From positions 1 to 42,503 of the forward strand of contig DATBEY010000129.1 in the NCBI GenBank assembly GCA_036558765.1: a stretch of 42,503 bases of DNA, in the 5' to 3' direction. Below the pieces are notes generated by a model, which saw only the letters and a list, made by a program, of their open reading frames with translations, was not told the origin of the DNA and did not search any database. The stretch comes from Candidatus Binatia bacterium. GTDB lineage: Bacteria > Desulfobacterota > Binatia > UBA9968. The translations under genes were made by a program, and so were the position numbers. Shown piece by piece: positions 27,620 through 39,386 of the stretch; the stretch's first letter is position 1, and the number at the start of each line of letters is the position of its first letter.

Positions 27620-28339
27620 TTGGTGAGCACGGAAAACATCCCACGATTGTCAGACCACGAGCATCTCGGCGCAGCCGCCGATTTCTGGCTATTCAACGGA
27701 AAAAACCTGCAGGAAACCGACCTGCAATCTCTAACCGCAAGGCTGAGTCCGAGTGAAGCTCAACGGTTCGCTCATTTTACTAGGACGATGAGGCGGCGCC
27801 AATTTCTTCTTGGACGAGTGCTGTTGCGATTCGCCGTTGCCACTATCACGGGACTGACATCGGATGACTTTTCGGTAGTGGAAAAATGCGGTGCAGGGCC
27901 GCAATTAGTATTTAATGACCGGTCTTATCCAGCCCCCAAGTTTAGTCTATCGCATAGCAGTGAGTGGAATGCGTGTGTTGTCAGTACGACAGCCGCGCTC
28001 GGTATAGACATCGAGCTGAACCGTCCGAACCGCGATTTTGATGACATATGTGCAGTCGCGTTTGAGTCTCGCGACCGAGTTTGGCTCCGGTCCCAACCGC
28101 GTACCGAAAGAATCGCTGCTTTTTACTCAGTTTGGTGCATGAAAGAAGCCCTCTACAAGCTCCAATGCAATCTGGGACTAAACTCTGGTGAGGCGCGCTT
28201 GCTTGGAAACGAAACCGCCGACGATTCTTTCGGCCCCGCTTTATATCCTTACAAACTTCTGCTCGAAGAACTTGGTTTAACGGGGATCGTTTTCAGTAAT
28301 CAGCGTTTATCTACCATCCGGCGGATAATTTTGACCTGA
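27620..28339 (+). CDS. Sfp/EntD-type 4'-phosphopantetheinyl transferase
   Basis: FSLSHS, LGIDIE and WCMKEALYKL (WxxKEAxxK) motifs. Start is TTG 27620 or GTG 27623. Confidence 0.85.
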   Translation: MVSTENIPRLSDHEHLGAAADFWLFNGKNLQETDLQSLTARLSPSEAQRFAHFTRTMRRRQFLLGRVLLRFAVATITGLTSDDFSVVEKCGAGPQLVFNDRSYPAPKFSLSHSSEWNACVVSTTAALGIDIELNRPNRDFDDICAVAFESRDRVWLRSQPRTERIAAFYSVWCMKEALYKLQCNLGLNSGEARLLGNETADDSFGPALYPYKLLLEELGLTGIVFSNQRLSTIRRIILT

Positions 28340-28632
28340 TTCGGTAAAACAGAATAGCTGATCTTGGCGTGATCTTCCTCTAGTCTCACGCTGTCAAGTA
28401 TCGATTCAAAACTGCATGGTTTCAGGACGATTTAACGATGCGCCACAAGTAGAGTGTGTGCTGGTGTTTGTGTCCGCCGGGTTTCAATTTAGTTCGTAGC
28501 CAAGGAGTTTCAACATCTTGTCCGGTTGCCCGCCGTTTCAGGCCGCGTTTGACAGCGTCGCCGGCAAGCACCGTAAAAGGCAAAGTTTCACCGAGGTTTG
28601 TGCTTTCCGGAAAAGCTAAGTATAAAAAACAG

Positions 28633-29961
28633 ATGGACAACGAGAGCTCGGAAAATAGCCTAAAGCGACCGCCCTTGTCATTGCCTTTCTATTACGGGTG
28701 GTTCGTTATTTCCCTTTGCTTTTTAACCACTTTGACCAGTGCCGGAGTGCGGTCGTCGCCGTCGGTGCTGATCCATCCGCTGGAGGCTGAGTTCGGCTGG
28801 AGCCGGACTCTGATCGCTTCAGCGGTCAGCATGAATCTTTTGCTTTTCGGCATAGCCGCACCTCTTAGCGGGCTTTTGATCGACCGTTTTGGCCCGCGCA
28901 AAGTCATGATGGGAAGCCTGGCTCTGCTCATCGCAGGCGTCAGCGGCACGATCGTGATGACTCAGTTCTGGCAATTTTTTCTGGTCTGGGGAGTCATCGT
29001 GGGCCTAGGGGCCGGAGGTGTGGGTTCGGTATTGACCGCAACGGTCGGGAACCGCTGGTTCATTGCCCGGCGGGGTTTGGCTCTGGGAATTCTCGGCAGC
29101 GCCAGCTCCACGGGACAAATTATTTTTCTGCCTTTATTTATGGCGATGATTACCTACGCTGGCTGGCGTTTGGGCTCCATGGCGCTGATCATTGTCGCCA
29201 TTGTGTTACTGCCATTGATCTTCTTGTTCATGCGTGACGACCCGTCGGAGGTCGGTTTGGAACCCTACGGCGCGGGCGACCCGAAAATCGCCGGCAATAC
29301 TGGTGCGGCGTCACTTCGCGGTATGTCCGCTAAAACCGCCACCATTACGGGACGCGAAATCATCGGTCATCCAACTTTCTGGTTGTTGGCCGGCAGCTTT
29401 TTTGTCTGCGGCGGAACCGCGAACGGTTTAATCGGGACGCACCTTATCCCGCACGAAATTGAAATCGGGATTCCGCAAATCGCCGCAGCGTCTTTGCTTG
29501 GTATTATGGGTGGCTTGAACATGGTCGGGACGATCTTCTCCGGCTGGATGGTCGACCGAGTCAGGGCGAATCGGTGGCTGGCTCTGGTCTATGCCATGCG
29601 GGGCGTATCGCTGTTGATCTTGCCATTCGTAAAGGATTTTGGCGGGCTAGTCGTTTTTGCGATCATCTATGGCCTTGACTGGTTTGCCACAGTGCCGCCG
29701 TCAATGGCGATTACTGCCGACACTTTCGGCAGACAAAACGTCGGCAAGGTTTACGGCTGGATTTTCATGTCGCACCAGATCGGTGCTGCGATTATGGCGT
29801 CCACCGCGGGCGCGATTCGCACCTGGATGGGTGATTATCAGTTTGCTTTTATGACCGGCGGGGTGATCGCGATGATCGCCGCCGGATTGGCGTTACAGAT
29901 CAAGCTGAAACCCAAGGAAGCCATTACCCCACCAGCGGGAGCGGTGGCGGCGGGAGCCTAG
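28633..29961 (+). CDS. MFS transporter
   Basis: About 12 predicted TM helices, with the MFS loop motif GLLIDRFGPRKV between TM2 and TM3. Confidence 0.8.
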   Translation: MDNESSENSLKRPPLSLPFYYGWFVISLCFLTTLTSAGVRSSPSVLIHPLEAEFGWSRTLIASAVSMNLLLFGIAAPLSGLLIDRFGPRKVMMGSLALLIAGVSGTIVMTQFWQFFLVWGVIVGLGAGGVGSVLTATVGNRWFIARRGLALGILGSASSTGQIIFLPLFMAMITYAGWRLGSMALIIVAIVLLPLIFLFMRDDPSEVGLEPYGAGDPKIAGNTGAASLRGMSAKTATITGREIIGHPTFWLLAGSFFVCGGTANGLIGTHLIPHEIEIGIPQIAAASLLGIMGGLNMVGTIFSGWMVDRVRANRWLALVYAMRGVSLLILPFVKDFGGLVVFAIIYGLDWFATVPPSMAITADTFGRQNVGKVYGWIFMSHQIGAAIMASTAGAIRTWMGDYQFAFMTGGVIAMIAAGLALQIKLKPKEAITPPAGAVAAGA

Positions 29962-30005
29962 CCTCCCCAACTTGCGTTAAATTTTGCGCGACCAACCGGT
30001 CGCCC

Positions 30006-30416
30006 CTACTCCGATTCGGTGAAATTGGACACTCGCCACTGGGTGCCTTCCCTGCGCGCGGTGATCAGCCATTGGCGCGTGAATGACGTGTTGTCGTCCG
30101 ACTCAATTGTGCCTTGGTAGAGAAACGTCGCGCGTTGGTCGCCTTCCTTTTTTTCAAGAAGCGTGTAATGAACACGCGGTTTGCGGGTTGAAGCGTCAAT
30201 TGGCTGGCCCGAGGTCAGCCGAATTTCTTCGTTCAACTTGCTCAAAGCCACGCTTACCGCAAGCGTCTTCGCCTTGGGCAAATCGATAATGACGTAGTGC
30301 TGATCGACAAACTCGTCAGCGACTCCTTGGGCGGAGTTGAGATCGCGGCCGCATGCGCTGGCGGTCAGAACAAGAGCAAGAAAAGCTGCTTCGAGCAGCA
30401 AAAACGATTTTGCCAT
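30006..30416 (-). CDS. Small lipoprotein / secreted protein of unknown function
   Basis: MAKSFLLLEAAFLALVLTASAC signal with a lipobox-like sequence. No catalytic motif. Start chosen at the third in-frame ATG. Confidence 0.5.
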   Translation of the reverse strand: MAKSFLLLEAAFLALVLTASACGRDLNSAQGVADEFVDQHYVIIDLPKAKTLAVSVALSKLNEEIRLTSGQPIDASTRKPRVHYTLLEKKEGDQRATFLYQGTIESDDNTSFTRQWLITARREGTQWRVSNFTESE

Positions 30417-30516
30417 CGCACGATTAATTAGCATGTTCGAGCAGCCAACGCGACTCAATGAATCAGCGCTCATTGTTGTGCCATGACCAGGCGTGATATC
30501 CTGGTCTCGGGCTGGA

Positions 30517-31425
30517 ATGGAAAAACTGATCGAGCAATACCGTCTTCACCTTTGTAACGAGCGTAACGTTTCGCCCCACACCTTAAGAAATTACCTCAGC
30601 GATTTACATCAGTTTCATCAATTTATCAGCGAGCGAAAGTGGCCGGTGGATAGTGCCGGTTGTGTGGATGTGCAAAAAATCGACATTCAGATTGTGCGCG
30701 CCTTCTTGGCATCACTTACAGCCGGGCGAAAAAAAAGTTCGCTCGGCAGGAAGATTGCCAGCTTGAAAGGGTTTTTTCGGTATCTGGTTATGACGCGGCA
30801 ACTCGACGGCGATCCAATGGTTTCGATTCACTCACCGAAAAATGAAAAGCCGCTGCCGGCGTTTCTTTCAGTGGATGACGTATTCCAGCTGCTCGGAGCG
30901 ATCAAAATCAAGAGTGTGCTGGACGTGCGCGATCGCGCCGTTCTGGAGGTTTTTTATTCCACGGGTGTCCGGGTGAGCGAGCTTGTTGGAATCAACTGGG
31001 GTGACGTCGACTTTCGGTTGGAGATTGTGCGGGTCACCGGTAAAGGTTCGAAAGAACGAATCGTGCCGATTGGCGAAATTGCGCTTGAGACGTTGCAGGA
31101 CTATGCGCGGGAACAGCGCAAGCGCTGGAATGTTTCCTGCCAAGGGGAAACCGCCGTGTTTCTGAACAATCGCGGAACGCGCATCACGACGCGAAGTATC
31201 GCCCGAATTGTGGAAAAGCATCTCAAGCAGGCTGGCATCGATATCAAAATGGGACCGCACGGCTTGCGACACAGCTTTGCCACGCATCTGCTCAACAGTG
31301 GCGCGGACCTGCGGTCGATCCAGGAACTGCTCGGACATGCAAGCTTGTCAACGACGCAGCGCTATACGCATTTGAATCTGGATCAGCTAACCGCCGTCTA
31401 CGACAAAGCGCATCCGAGAGCATGA
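30517..31425 (+). CDS. xerC: Tyrosine recombinase XerC (chromosome dimer resolution)
   Basis: R..HxxR..Y catalytic pattern (HGLRHSFATHLL, LGHASLSTTQRYTHL). Conserved xerC-hslV-hslU synteny, as in B. subtilis codV-clpQ-clpY. Confidence 0.8.
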   Translation: MEKLIEQYRLHLCNERNVSPHTLRNYLSDLHQFHQFISERKWPVDSAGCVDVQKIDIQIVRAFLASLTAGRKKSSLGRKIASLKGFFRYLVMTRQLDGDPMVSIHSPKNEKPLPAFLSVDDVFQLLGAIKIKSVLDVRDRAVLEVFYSTGVRVSELVGINWGDVDFRLEIVRVTGKGSKERIVPIGEIALETLQDYAREQRKRWNVSCQGETAVFLNNRGTRITTRSIARIVEKHLKQAGIDIKMGPHGLRHSFATHLLNSGADLRSIQELLGHASLSTTQRYTHLNLDQLTAVYDKAHPRA

Positions 31426-31497
31426 GAAAGATTTTTGATTTTGCATTTAGATTTCGATTAGATCCAAAATGGTAGTCGAGGATCGCACAAACGAAAA

Positions 31498-32028
31498 ATG
31501 ATGCATGGGACGACAATATTGGCGATTCGACGGGGCGGAAAAGTCGTCGTCGTCGGAGACGGCCAGGTGAGCATGGGACAGACGGTGATGAAACGCGGTG
31601 CGCGCAAAGTCCGCAAGCTGCACCATGACCGCGTCATCGCCGGGTTTGCCGGAGCTACGGCGGATGCTTTTACACTGTTCGAGAAATTTGAAGCTAAGCT
31701 CGAACAGTTCAATGGCAATCTCAAGCGTGCCGCGGTTGAGCTGGCGAAAGACTGGCGCACGGATCGGGTGCTGCGGCGCCTGGAAGCGCTGATGGTTATC
31801 GCGGATAGTGACGATCTGTTGGTGATCTCCGGCGCGGGCGATGTGATCGAACCGGATGATGACGTTATTGCGATCGGTTCCGGAGGTAATTACGCGTTGG
31901 CGGCAGCTCGAGTTCTGCTCAAACACACGCAGTTGGATGCTCGGATCATCGCCGAAGAAGCGATGAAAGTGGCAGCCGATATCTGTGTCTACACCAACGA
32001 ACAGCTTACCTTTGAACAGTTGCCCTAG
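31498..32028 (+). CDS. hslV: ATP-dependent protease subunit HslV
   Basis: N-terminal Thr nucleophile context [12 protein letters not shown], plus GDGQVS and GSGGNYA motifs. Confidence 0.93.
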   Translation: MMHGTTILAIRRGGKVVVVGDGQVSMGQTVMKRGARKVRKLHHDRVIAGFAGATADAFTLFEKFEAKLEQFNGNLKRAAVELAKDWRTDRVLRRLEALMVIADSDDLLVISGAGDVIEPDDDVIAIGSGGNYALAAARVLLKHTQLDARIIAEEAMKVAADICVYTNEQLTFEQLP

Positions 32029-32196
32029 TGAAAGCGGCAACGGCCGGGGCATTTAGGGTAAATTCTTTGTATCTCGTTTCGAGTGGCGGAGTGCTGGAGT
32101 ACCGGGTCGAGCCCGCTTCCACTACTCCATTGCACGGACCCCTTAAAATCCAAATCATTGCTTTTGCCGGGGAAATTGCTAGGAGTAAATACGCCC

Positions 32197-33579
32197 ATGA
32201 CGGACGCAACAAAAACTTATTTACCCGAAAGCGGTGTGCCCGCGCCGGTGATGACGCCCCGGGAAATCGTTTCAGAGCTCGATCGCTATATTGTCGGTCA
32301 GAACGAAGCGAAGCGGGCTGTGGCGATCGCGCTCCGCAATCGATGGCGCCGCCAACTCGTGCCTGAGGATCTACGCGAAGAGATCGCGCCAAAGAACATT
32401 ATCATGATCGGTCCGACGGGAGTGGGAAAAACGGAAATTTCGCGGCGCTTAGCCAAGCTCTCTCAGGCTCCGTTCATCAAAGTCGAAGCGTCCAAATTTA
32501 CCGAGGTCGGCTATGTCGGCCGGGATGTCGAGTCGATCATTCGCGATCTGACCGACCTCGCGGTCAACATGGTCAAAGAGGAAGAGAAGCAAAAAGTTGA
32601 AATCAGGGCGCGGGAGGTCGCCGAAGAACGCGTGCTTGATCTGCTTTTGCCGGCGAGCACCGGCGAGGCGGACGGCGACGCGGTCGATGCCGCGCGGTTG
32701 CAGTCGACACGGGAAAAGCTCAAAAAGATGCTTCGCGAAGGCAAGATGGACGACCGTTTCGTCGATATCGAATTGACCCAATCGGCCATGCCGATGATCG
32801 AAGTTTTGACCCCTCAGGGCATGGAAGGAATGGAATTCAACCTCAAAGAGATGTTTTCCAACCTGATGCCCAAGAAGACCAAAAAAAAGACGGTGAAAAT
32901 ACCCGAGGCGCTGGAGATCCTCACGCAGGAAGAAGCCGGAAAGCTGGTCGATATGGATAAAGTCACCGGCGAAGCGATCCGCCGGGTGGAGCAATCCGGG
33001 ATCGTTTTTCTCGACGAGATCGACAAGATCGCCGGGCGAGAGTCCATGCACGGCCCCGATGTTTCGCGCCAAGGCGTACAGCGGGATCTTTTGCCGATCG
33101 TCGAGGGTTCGACCGTCAACACGAAATACGGCATGGTGAAAACCGATCACATTCTGTTCATTGCCTCGGGCGCTTTTCACACCGCGAAGCCCTCGGATTT
33201 GATTCCTGAGTTCCAGGGGCGTTTCCCGATTCGGGTCGAGCTCAGTTCCCTCACGAAGGCGGATTTCGTACGGATTCTGACCGAACCGAAGAATGCGTTG
33301 ACGAAGCAGTATGAAGCCTTGCTCGAAACCGAGGGCGTTCATCTGCGATTTGCCGAAGACGCAATCCAAGAAATCGCGTTGATCGCGACCGACGTCAACG
33401 AGCGCACGGAAAACATCGGCGCGCGCCGGTTGCATACTATCCTCGAGCGCTTGCTGGACGAGATCTCTTTTACGGCGCCCGAAACCCATGGCCGGGAAGT
33501 CGCCATCGATGCGCGCTATGTCCGCGAGCGGCTCGCGCCGATCTTGAAGGACGAAGACTTGTCGCGCTATATCCTCTGA
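32197..33579 (+). CDS. hslU: ATP-dependent protease ATPase subunit HslU
   Basis: [31 protein letters not shown], Walker [10 protein letters not shown] and Walker B VFLDEIDK. Start at 32197 (AGGAG 11 nt upstream); an alternative ATG lies at 32251. Confidence 0.92.
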   Translation: MTDATKTYLPESGVPAPVMTPREIVSELDRYIVGQNEAKRAVAIALRNRWRRQLVPEDLREEIAPKNIIMIGPTGVGKTEISRRLAKLSQAPFIKVEASKFTEVGYVGRDVESIIRDLTDLAVNMVKEEEKQKVEIRAREVAEERVLDLLLPASTGEADGDAVDAARLQSTREKLKKMLREGKMDDRFVDIELTQSAMPMIEVLTPQGMEGMEFNLKEMFSNLMPKKTKKKTVKIPEALEILTQEEAGKLVDMDKVTGEAIRRVEQSGIVFLDEIDKIAGRESMHGPDVSRQGVQRDLLPIVEGSTVNTKYGMVKTDHILFIASGAFHTAKPSDLIPEFQGRFPIRVELSSLTKADFVRILTEPKNALTKQYEALLETEGVHLRFAEDAIQEIALIATDVNERTENIGARRLHTILERLLDEISFTAPETHGREVAIDARYVRERLAPILKDEDLSRYIL

Positions 33580-33668
33580 GAAGCGCGGTCGGATACTGGA
33601 GCGACAGATGCTGGGGTGACGTTGCCCAAGACTCCAACCGTCCAATTCCGGTAATGCATCTTTTTTAG

Positions 33669-34588
<920 letters not shown>

Positions 34589-34589
<1 letters not shown>

Positions 34590-35779
34590 TGAAGAACCGG
34601 GAGGTCGCGGCTTTAACCGAAAAATACGTTGCCAAGACTTATGCGCGCGCCCCCATCGCGCTGGTCAAAGGACGCGGAACCAGGGTTTGGGATGCCGACG
34701 GCAAGGAATATCTCGATTTTCTTGCCGGGATCGCTGTCAACAGCCTCGGGCACTGCAATCCGGCGATCGTCAAGGCGATCAAGGGGCAAGCTCAACAACT
34801 GCTGCACGTTTCCAATCTCTATCACATCCAGCCGCAGGCGGAGTTGGCGCGGGAGCTATGCCGCCATTCCTTCGCGGATCGGGCGTTTTTCTGCAACAGC
34901 GGAGCCGAAGCTAACGAAGCGGCCATCAAGCTGGCGCGCCGTTACGGACTCGAAAAACTCGGTGGCAAGTTCGAGATTCTCTCGACCCATAATTCATTTC
35001 ACGGCCGTACGCTGGCGACGCTTACCGCCACCGGCCAGGAAAAAATCCGCGCGGGCTATGATCCGCTGCCTGCGGGATTTCGTCAGGCGGCGTATAACGA
35101 TCTGAATGCCATGGAGGCGGCGATCGACGGCCAGAAGACCGTCGCCATTCTCGTTGAGCCGATTCAAGCCGAGGGCGGAGTGATAGTCGCCAATGAGATT
35201 TATATGCTCGGTTTGCGTGAAATCTGCGATCAACGCGGCCTGTTGCTGATTTTCGATGAGGTGCAGACTGGCATGGGGCGGACGGGTAAACTTTTCGGCT
35301 ATGAACAGTTCGGCGTGAAGCCCGACATCATGACCTTGGCCAAAGCATTGGGAGGCGGTTTGCCGCTGGGCGCGATGCTTGCGCGGGAAGAAGTTGCCGG
35401 CAGCTTCGTTGCGGGTAGCCACGCGTCGACATTCGGCGGAAACCCGGTATCCTGCGCGGCCGGATTGGCAGTCATGAACGCGCTCATCAAAGGCGGCGTC
35501 CTGAAGAATTGCGTGCAGATGGGCAAATATTTCGTCAAAGGTTTAGAAGCGCTAAAAAGGCGCTTTCCATTCATCCGAGAGATTCGCGGCAAGGGGCTCC
35601 TCCTCGGCCTCGAACTGACCATCGACGGCAACAAAATTGCCGAAACCTGCATGCAAGAAGGATTGCTGATCAATTGCACCGCGTTCAAGGTTTTGCGGTT
35701 CGCGCCGCCACTCACGATCACCAAGCGTGAAATCGACCGCGGTTTGGCAATCCTGGAAAATGTTTTGGCCCGCCAGTAA
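34589..35779 (+). CDS. argD: Acetylornithine aminotransferase
   Basis: Class III aminotransferase motifs (FCNSGAEANEAA, DEVQTGMGRTGK, TLAKALGGG) in arg-cluster context. Confidence 0.9.
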
Positions 35780-35798
35780 GTCGGCCTCCTCTCATGCA

Positions 35799-36782
35799 AT
35801 GAGCAAACGTGACCTAGTCAATTTTGCCGGCCTGAGCCGGCGCGATCTTTTCGTTATTTTGGACCTCGCCCGCGAATTGAAACGCAAACAGAGACGCGGC
35901 GTCATTCATCACTTACTGATAGGAAAGAGCTTGGCCTTAGTCTTCGAGAAGCCCAGTTTGCGCACCCGCGCGACTTTCGAGATCGCCATGAATCAGTTGG
36001 GCGGGAATGTCTTTTTTATGGGCGGCGCCGAGGTTGGCCTTGGAACGCGCGAAACGCCGGCGGATTGTGCACGCAGCCTCGCCCGTTGGGTTGATCTCAT
36101 TGCCGTACGGACCTTCACTCAGGCTACACTCGAAGAGATGGCGGCATATTCCTCGGTCCCGGTGATTAATGCATTGACGGATCTTTATCATCCTTGCCAG
36201 GTGCTCGCCGACTGCCAGACGCTGGTAGAGCATAAAGGCAAGCTTGATGGATTGAAGATTACATTTGTTGGGGATGGCAATAATATGGTCCATTCGTGGC
36301 TGGAAGCCGCGGCATTGGTGCCATTTTCGTTCACAGTGGCCTGTCCGAAAGGCTACGAGCCGGACAGTGAAATTTTTGCCAAAGCGCGAGCCGCGGGCGC
36401 AGATGTAAATGTCACACAATCGGTCGCGGAAGCGGTCAGCGGAGCGGATGCCATTTACACCGATGTATGGACCAGCATGGGCCAGGAAGAGGAGGCCCAA
36501 CGCCGCCGGCGCGTTTTTCGAGACTACCAAGTCAATAGCAAAGTAGTCAAAATGGCGCAGAGTGATGCGATCGTGATGCATTGCTTGCCTGCGCATCGCG
36601 GTGAGGAAATTACGGACGAGGTCCTGGAGAGCCCGCAGTGCGTCGCCTTTGACCAAGCGGAGAATCGTCTGCATGTACAGAAAGCCGTTATGGTTTGGCT
36701 CCTCAATGCCTTAAAGAATTCCCAAGTGCCGAGCTCAATTTCGTCCGGCAGAGTGCTGTCGAAAAAAAAATCCAGAGTCTAA
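35799..36782 (+). CDS. argF: Ornithine carbamoyltransferase
   Basis: FEKPSLRTR carbamoyl-phosphate motif, plus HPCQ and [10 protein letters not shown] motifs. Confidence 0.9.
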   Translation: MSKRDLVNFAGLSRRDLFVILDLARELKRKQRRGVIHHLLIGKSLALVFEKPSLRTRATFEIAMNQLGGNVFFMGGAEVGLGTRETPADCARSLARWVDLIAVRTFTQATLEEMAAYSSVPVINALTDLYHPCQVLADCQTLVEHKGKLDGLKITFVGDGNNMVHSWLEAAALVPFSFTVACPKGYEPDSEIFAKARAAGADVNVTQSVAEAVSGADAIYTDVWTSMGQEEEAQRRRRVFRDYQVNSKVVKMAQSDAIVMHCLPAHRGEEITDEVLESPQCVAFDQAENRLHVQKAVMVWLLNALKNSQVPSSISSGRVLSKKKSRV

Positions 36783-36789
36783 TAACTCG

Positions 36790-37995
36790 ATGAACGTCAA
36801 AAAGGTGGTTCTTGCCTATTCCGGCGGATTGGACACTTCGGTGATCCTACGCTGGCTCAAGGAGCAATACGGCTGTCAAGTGATCGCCTTTTGCGCCGAC
36901 CTGGGACAAGGCGAAGATCTCGAAGCGATCAAACGGAAGGCGCTTAAAACAGGCGCCAGCAAAGTCGTGATTGGCGATCTGCGCGAGGAATTCGTCAAGA
37001 ACTACGTTTTCCCTATGCTGCGCGCCAACGCGGTCTATGAAGGCTCCTATTTGCTGGGCACCTCGATCGCGCGACCACTCATCGCAAAAGGGCAGATCGA
37101 TGTAGCGGTCAAGGAAAAAGCCGACGCGGTATCGCACGGCGCCACCGGCAAAGGCAACGATCAGGTGCGTTTCGAGCTCACTTACTATGCCTTGAAGCCC
37201 GGGATTCAGGTCATCGCGCCGTGGCGCTTGTGGGATCTGAATGCGCGATCGACGTTGATCGAGTATGCACGCAAACACGGCATTCCCGTGCCCGTTACTA
37301 AAGCCAAACCTTACAGCACGGATCGGAATCTGTTTCACATCAGCTATGAAGGTGGAATTCTCGAAGATCCATGGAAGGAGCCGCCGGCGGAGATGTTCGT
37401 GTGGTGCCGACCGCTCGAAAAGACGCCGAACCGGCCCGAGTATATCGAGATCGAGTACTTGAAGGGCGATCCGATCGCGGTCAATGGCCGAAAAACGTCG
37501 CCGGCTAAGTTATTGGCGGCCCTGAACGATATCGGCGCAAAGCACGGGATTGGCCGAGTCGATATCGTAGAGAACCGTTACGTTGGCATGAAGTCCCGCG
37601 GCGTCTATGAGACGCCGGGCGGTACGATTCTGCACGCGGCACATCGCGGACTCGAATCGATCACCATGGATCGCGAAGTGCTTCGCCTAAGAGATAGCTT
37701 GATTCCGCGTTTTGCCGAAATGATCTATTACGGCTATTGGTTCGCGCCCGAGCGCGAAGTATTGCAAAAGGCGATCGACGCTTCCCAGGCAAACGTCAGC
37801 GGTTGTGTTCGGCTGAAGCTCTATAAGGGGAACGTTATGGTCGTCGGACGCAGGTCCGATTTCTCGCTTTATGATCCGAACGTCGCTACCTTCGAAGCGG
37901 ACCACGTTTATCGACAGGCCGACGCCGACGGATTCATTCGATTGAATGCCTTGCGCTTGCGCTTACAGAAGTTGCAAACAGCCAAACAGCGGTAG
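36790..37995 (+). CDS. argG: Argininosuccinate synthase
   Basis: [12 protein letters not shown]-pyrophosphatase motif and [13 protein letters not shown]. Confidence 0.95.
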   Translation: MNVKKVVLAYSGGLDTSVILRWLKEQYGCQVIAFCADLGQGEDLEAIKRKALKTGASKVVIGDLREEFVKNYVFPMLRANAVYEGSYLLGTSIARPLIAKGQIDVAVKEKADAVSHGATGKGNDQVRFELTYYALKPGIQVIAPWRLWDLNARSTLIEYARKHGIPVPVTKAKPYSTDRNLFHISYEGGILEDPWKEPPAEMFVWCRPLEKTPNRPEYIEIEYLKGDPIAVNGRKTSPAKLLAALNDIGAKHGIGRVDIVENRYVGMKSRGVYETPGGTILHAAHRGLESITMDREVLRLRDSLIPRFAEMIYYGYWFAPEREVLQKAIDASQANVSGCVRLKLYKGNVMVVGRRSDFSLYDPNVATFEADHVYRQADADGFIRLNALRLRLQKLQTAKQR

Positions 37996-37997
37996 TC

Positions 37998-39386
37998 ATG
38001 GCCGAGGTTAAAGTCAAGAAACCGAAACTCTGGGGCGGACGCTTTGCGGTTAATACCGCCGACTCGGTGGAAAGTTTCACCGCATCGATCGCGATCGACG
38101 CCCGGCTTTATCGCCACGATATTATGGGGAGTATCGCGCATGCCAAGATGCTCGCCAAGCAAAAAATAATCAGCTCCAGCGATGCACGAAAGATCGTTCG
38201 CGGTTTGCAAGCGATTCAACGGGAAATTGACAACGGCAAGTTTGCTTTTTCGGATGCCGACGAAGACATTCATATGAATATCGAGCGGCGCCTGACCGAG
38301 CGCATCGGAAGCGCCGGCGGCAAGCTCCACACGGCGCGCAGCCGAAACGATCAGGTCGCGCTCGATATGCGGCTGTTTTTGCGCGACGAAGTCAAACTGA
38401 TCCTGGACGCATTGGCGGCTCTTCGCCAGGAACTGGCGAAGGCTGCGCAAAAGCATCTGGACGTGATCATGCCCGGTTACACGCACCTGCAACGGGCTCA
38501 GCCGGTGCTCTTTGCACACCACCTGTTGGCGTATGTCGAGATGTTCGAGCGTGACAGCGAAAGATTTGCCGACGGTTTGGCACGAATCGATGTGCTGCCT
38601 TTGGGATCCGGCGCTTTGGCAGGAACGACATTCCCGATCGATCGGAACTATGTCGCCAAGCTTTTGGGCTTCCGGCGCATCTCAAAAAATAGCATCGACG
38701 CGGTCAGCGATCGCGACTTTCTTCTGGAATTTTTGGCGGCTGCTTCAATACTGTTTGTGCACCTGAGCCGGATTGCGGACGAGTTGGTTTTGTGGTCGAG
38801 CCAGGAATTCGGTTTTATTGAATTGCCCGACGGTTACTGCACCGGGAGCTCGATGATGCCACAGAAAAAAAATCCCGATGTGCCAGAACTGATTCGCGGT
38901 AAGACTGGACGGGTATTCGGCCATTTGCAGGCACTGCTGACAATCATGAAAGGGCTGCCGCTCGCTTATAATCGAGATCTGCAGGAGGACAAGCTGCCGC
39001 TCTTCGATACCGTGGATACGGTGAAGGCCAGCATCAAGATGATGAGCGAAATCGTCGCGGGAATGAAGGTACGGCGGGAGCGCATGCAAAGAGCCGTTGA
39101 AGATGGATTCATGAACGCCACGGACGTGGCGGATTACCTGGCGCAGCGCGGAGTGCCCTTTCGTGTCGCCCATGGAATTGCCGGCCGGATCGTGCAGTTT
39201 TGCCTGGCCGAGAACAAACGAATAGGTGCTTTGAGCTTGGATGAATTCAAACGGTTCTCGGCTAAGTTCGACAAGAGCGTATACGGATATCTTCAGGCGG
39301 AGGCGGTGGTGGCGCGGCGGCGCGCGTTCGGCGGCACGGCGCGTCAAAACGTCATGCGGCGGCTGAAGGAGCTGAGGCCTAGATGA
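37998..39386 (+). CDS. argH: Argininosuccinate lyase
   Basis: Fumarate-lyase signature [12 protein letters not shown], and TARSRNDQV. Confidence 0.95.
   Translation: MAEVKVKKPKLWGGRFAVNTADSVESFTASIAIDARLYRHDIMGSIAHAKMLAKQKIISSSDARKIVRGLQAIQREIDNGKFAFSDADEDIHMNIERRLTERIGSAGGKLHTARSRNDQVALDMRLFLRDEVKLILDALAALRQELAKAAQKHLDVIMPGYTHLQRAQPVLFAHHLLAYVEMFERDSERFADGLARIDVLPLGSGALAGTTFPIDRNYVAKLLGFRRISKNSIDAVSDRDFLLEFLAAASILFVHLSRIADELVLWSSQEFGFIELPDGYCTGSSMMPQKKNPDVPELIRGKTGRVFGHLQALLTIMKGLPLAYNRDLQEDKLPLFDTVDTVKASIKMMSEIVAGMKVRRERMQRAVEDGFMNATDVADYLAQRGVPFRVAHGIAGRIVQFCLAENKRIGALSLDEFKRFSAKFDKSVYGYLQAEAVVARRRAFGGTARQNVMRRLKELRPR

Larger units (their letters stand above)
10251..28339 (+). other. Aryl-polyene (APE)-type type II PKS/FAS-like biosynthetic gene cluster, including two trailing unknown genes and a PPTase
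   Basis: Gene content and order are listed in the individual CDS entries. 15 of 18 junctions from 10251 to 26559 are 1-16-nt overlaps or 1-nt gaps. Confidence 0.8.

Noticed and set aside
10251-28339. The cluster as a compositionally distinct, recently acquired genomic island.
   Set aside because: Hand counts on two 60-nt lines, one in the cluster and one in argG, gave similar GC (60% versus 57%). Only the 9.4-10.25 kb spacer is visibly AT-rich. A proper GC/codon-usage calculation is needed, so no horizontal-transfer claim is made.
28340-28632. A guanidine (ykkC-type) or other known riboswitch upstream of the MFS transporter.
   Set aside because: I could not find the conserved ykkC, mini-ykkC (paired ACGR loops) or guanidine-III sequence blocks by eye. 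Only the GTTTCA repeats are reported. An Infernal scan would be needed to exclude other classes.
30517-31425. The tyrosine recombinase as an integrase marking a mobile element or island boundary next to the cluster.
   Set aside because: It has the XerC-type sequence and the conserved xerC-hslV-hslU housekeeping synteny. No att-like direct repeats, tRNA gene, transposase or phage genes flank the 10-28 kb region.
32080-32135. A tRNA-like fragment in the hslV-hslU spacer (GGGTCGAGCCC followed by ...ACTCCA).
   Set aside because: The putative T-loop has 5 nt rather than 7. No acceptor-stem complement or anticodon arm can be built. It is treated as a simple inverted repeat.
32449-33645. Very long antisense ORFs covering nearly whole genes. 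Examples are 398 aa opposite hslU, 264 aa opposite argB (33735-34529), 245 aa opposite argF, 236 aa opposite lysA, 224 aa opposite the adenylase and 213 aa opposite dapF/dapA.
   Set aside because: Each lies exactly opposite a gene with unambiguous conserved motifs, and their translations are low-complexity (Arg/Asp/Phe/Leu-rich) with no motifs. This pattern is expected when the sense strand avoids TTA, CTA and TCA codons. I treat them as compositional artefacts rather than overlapping genes.
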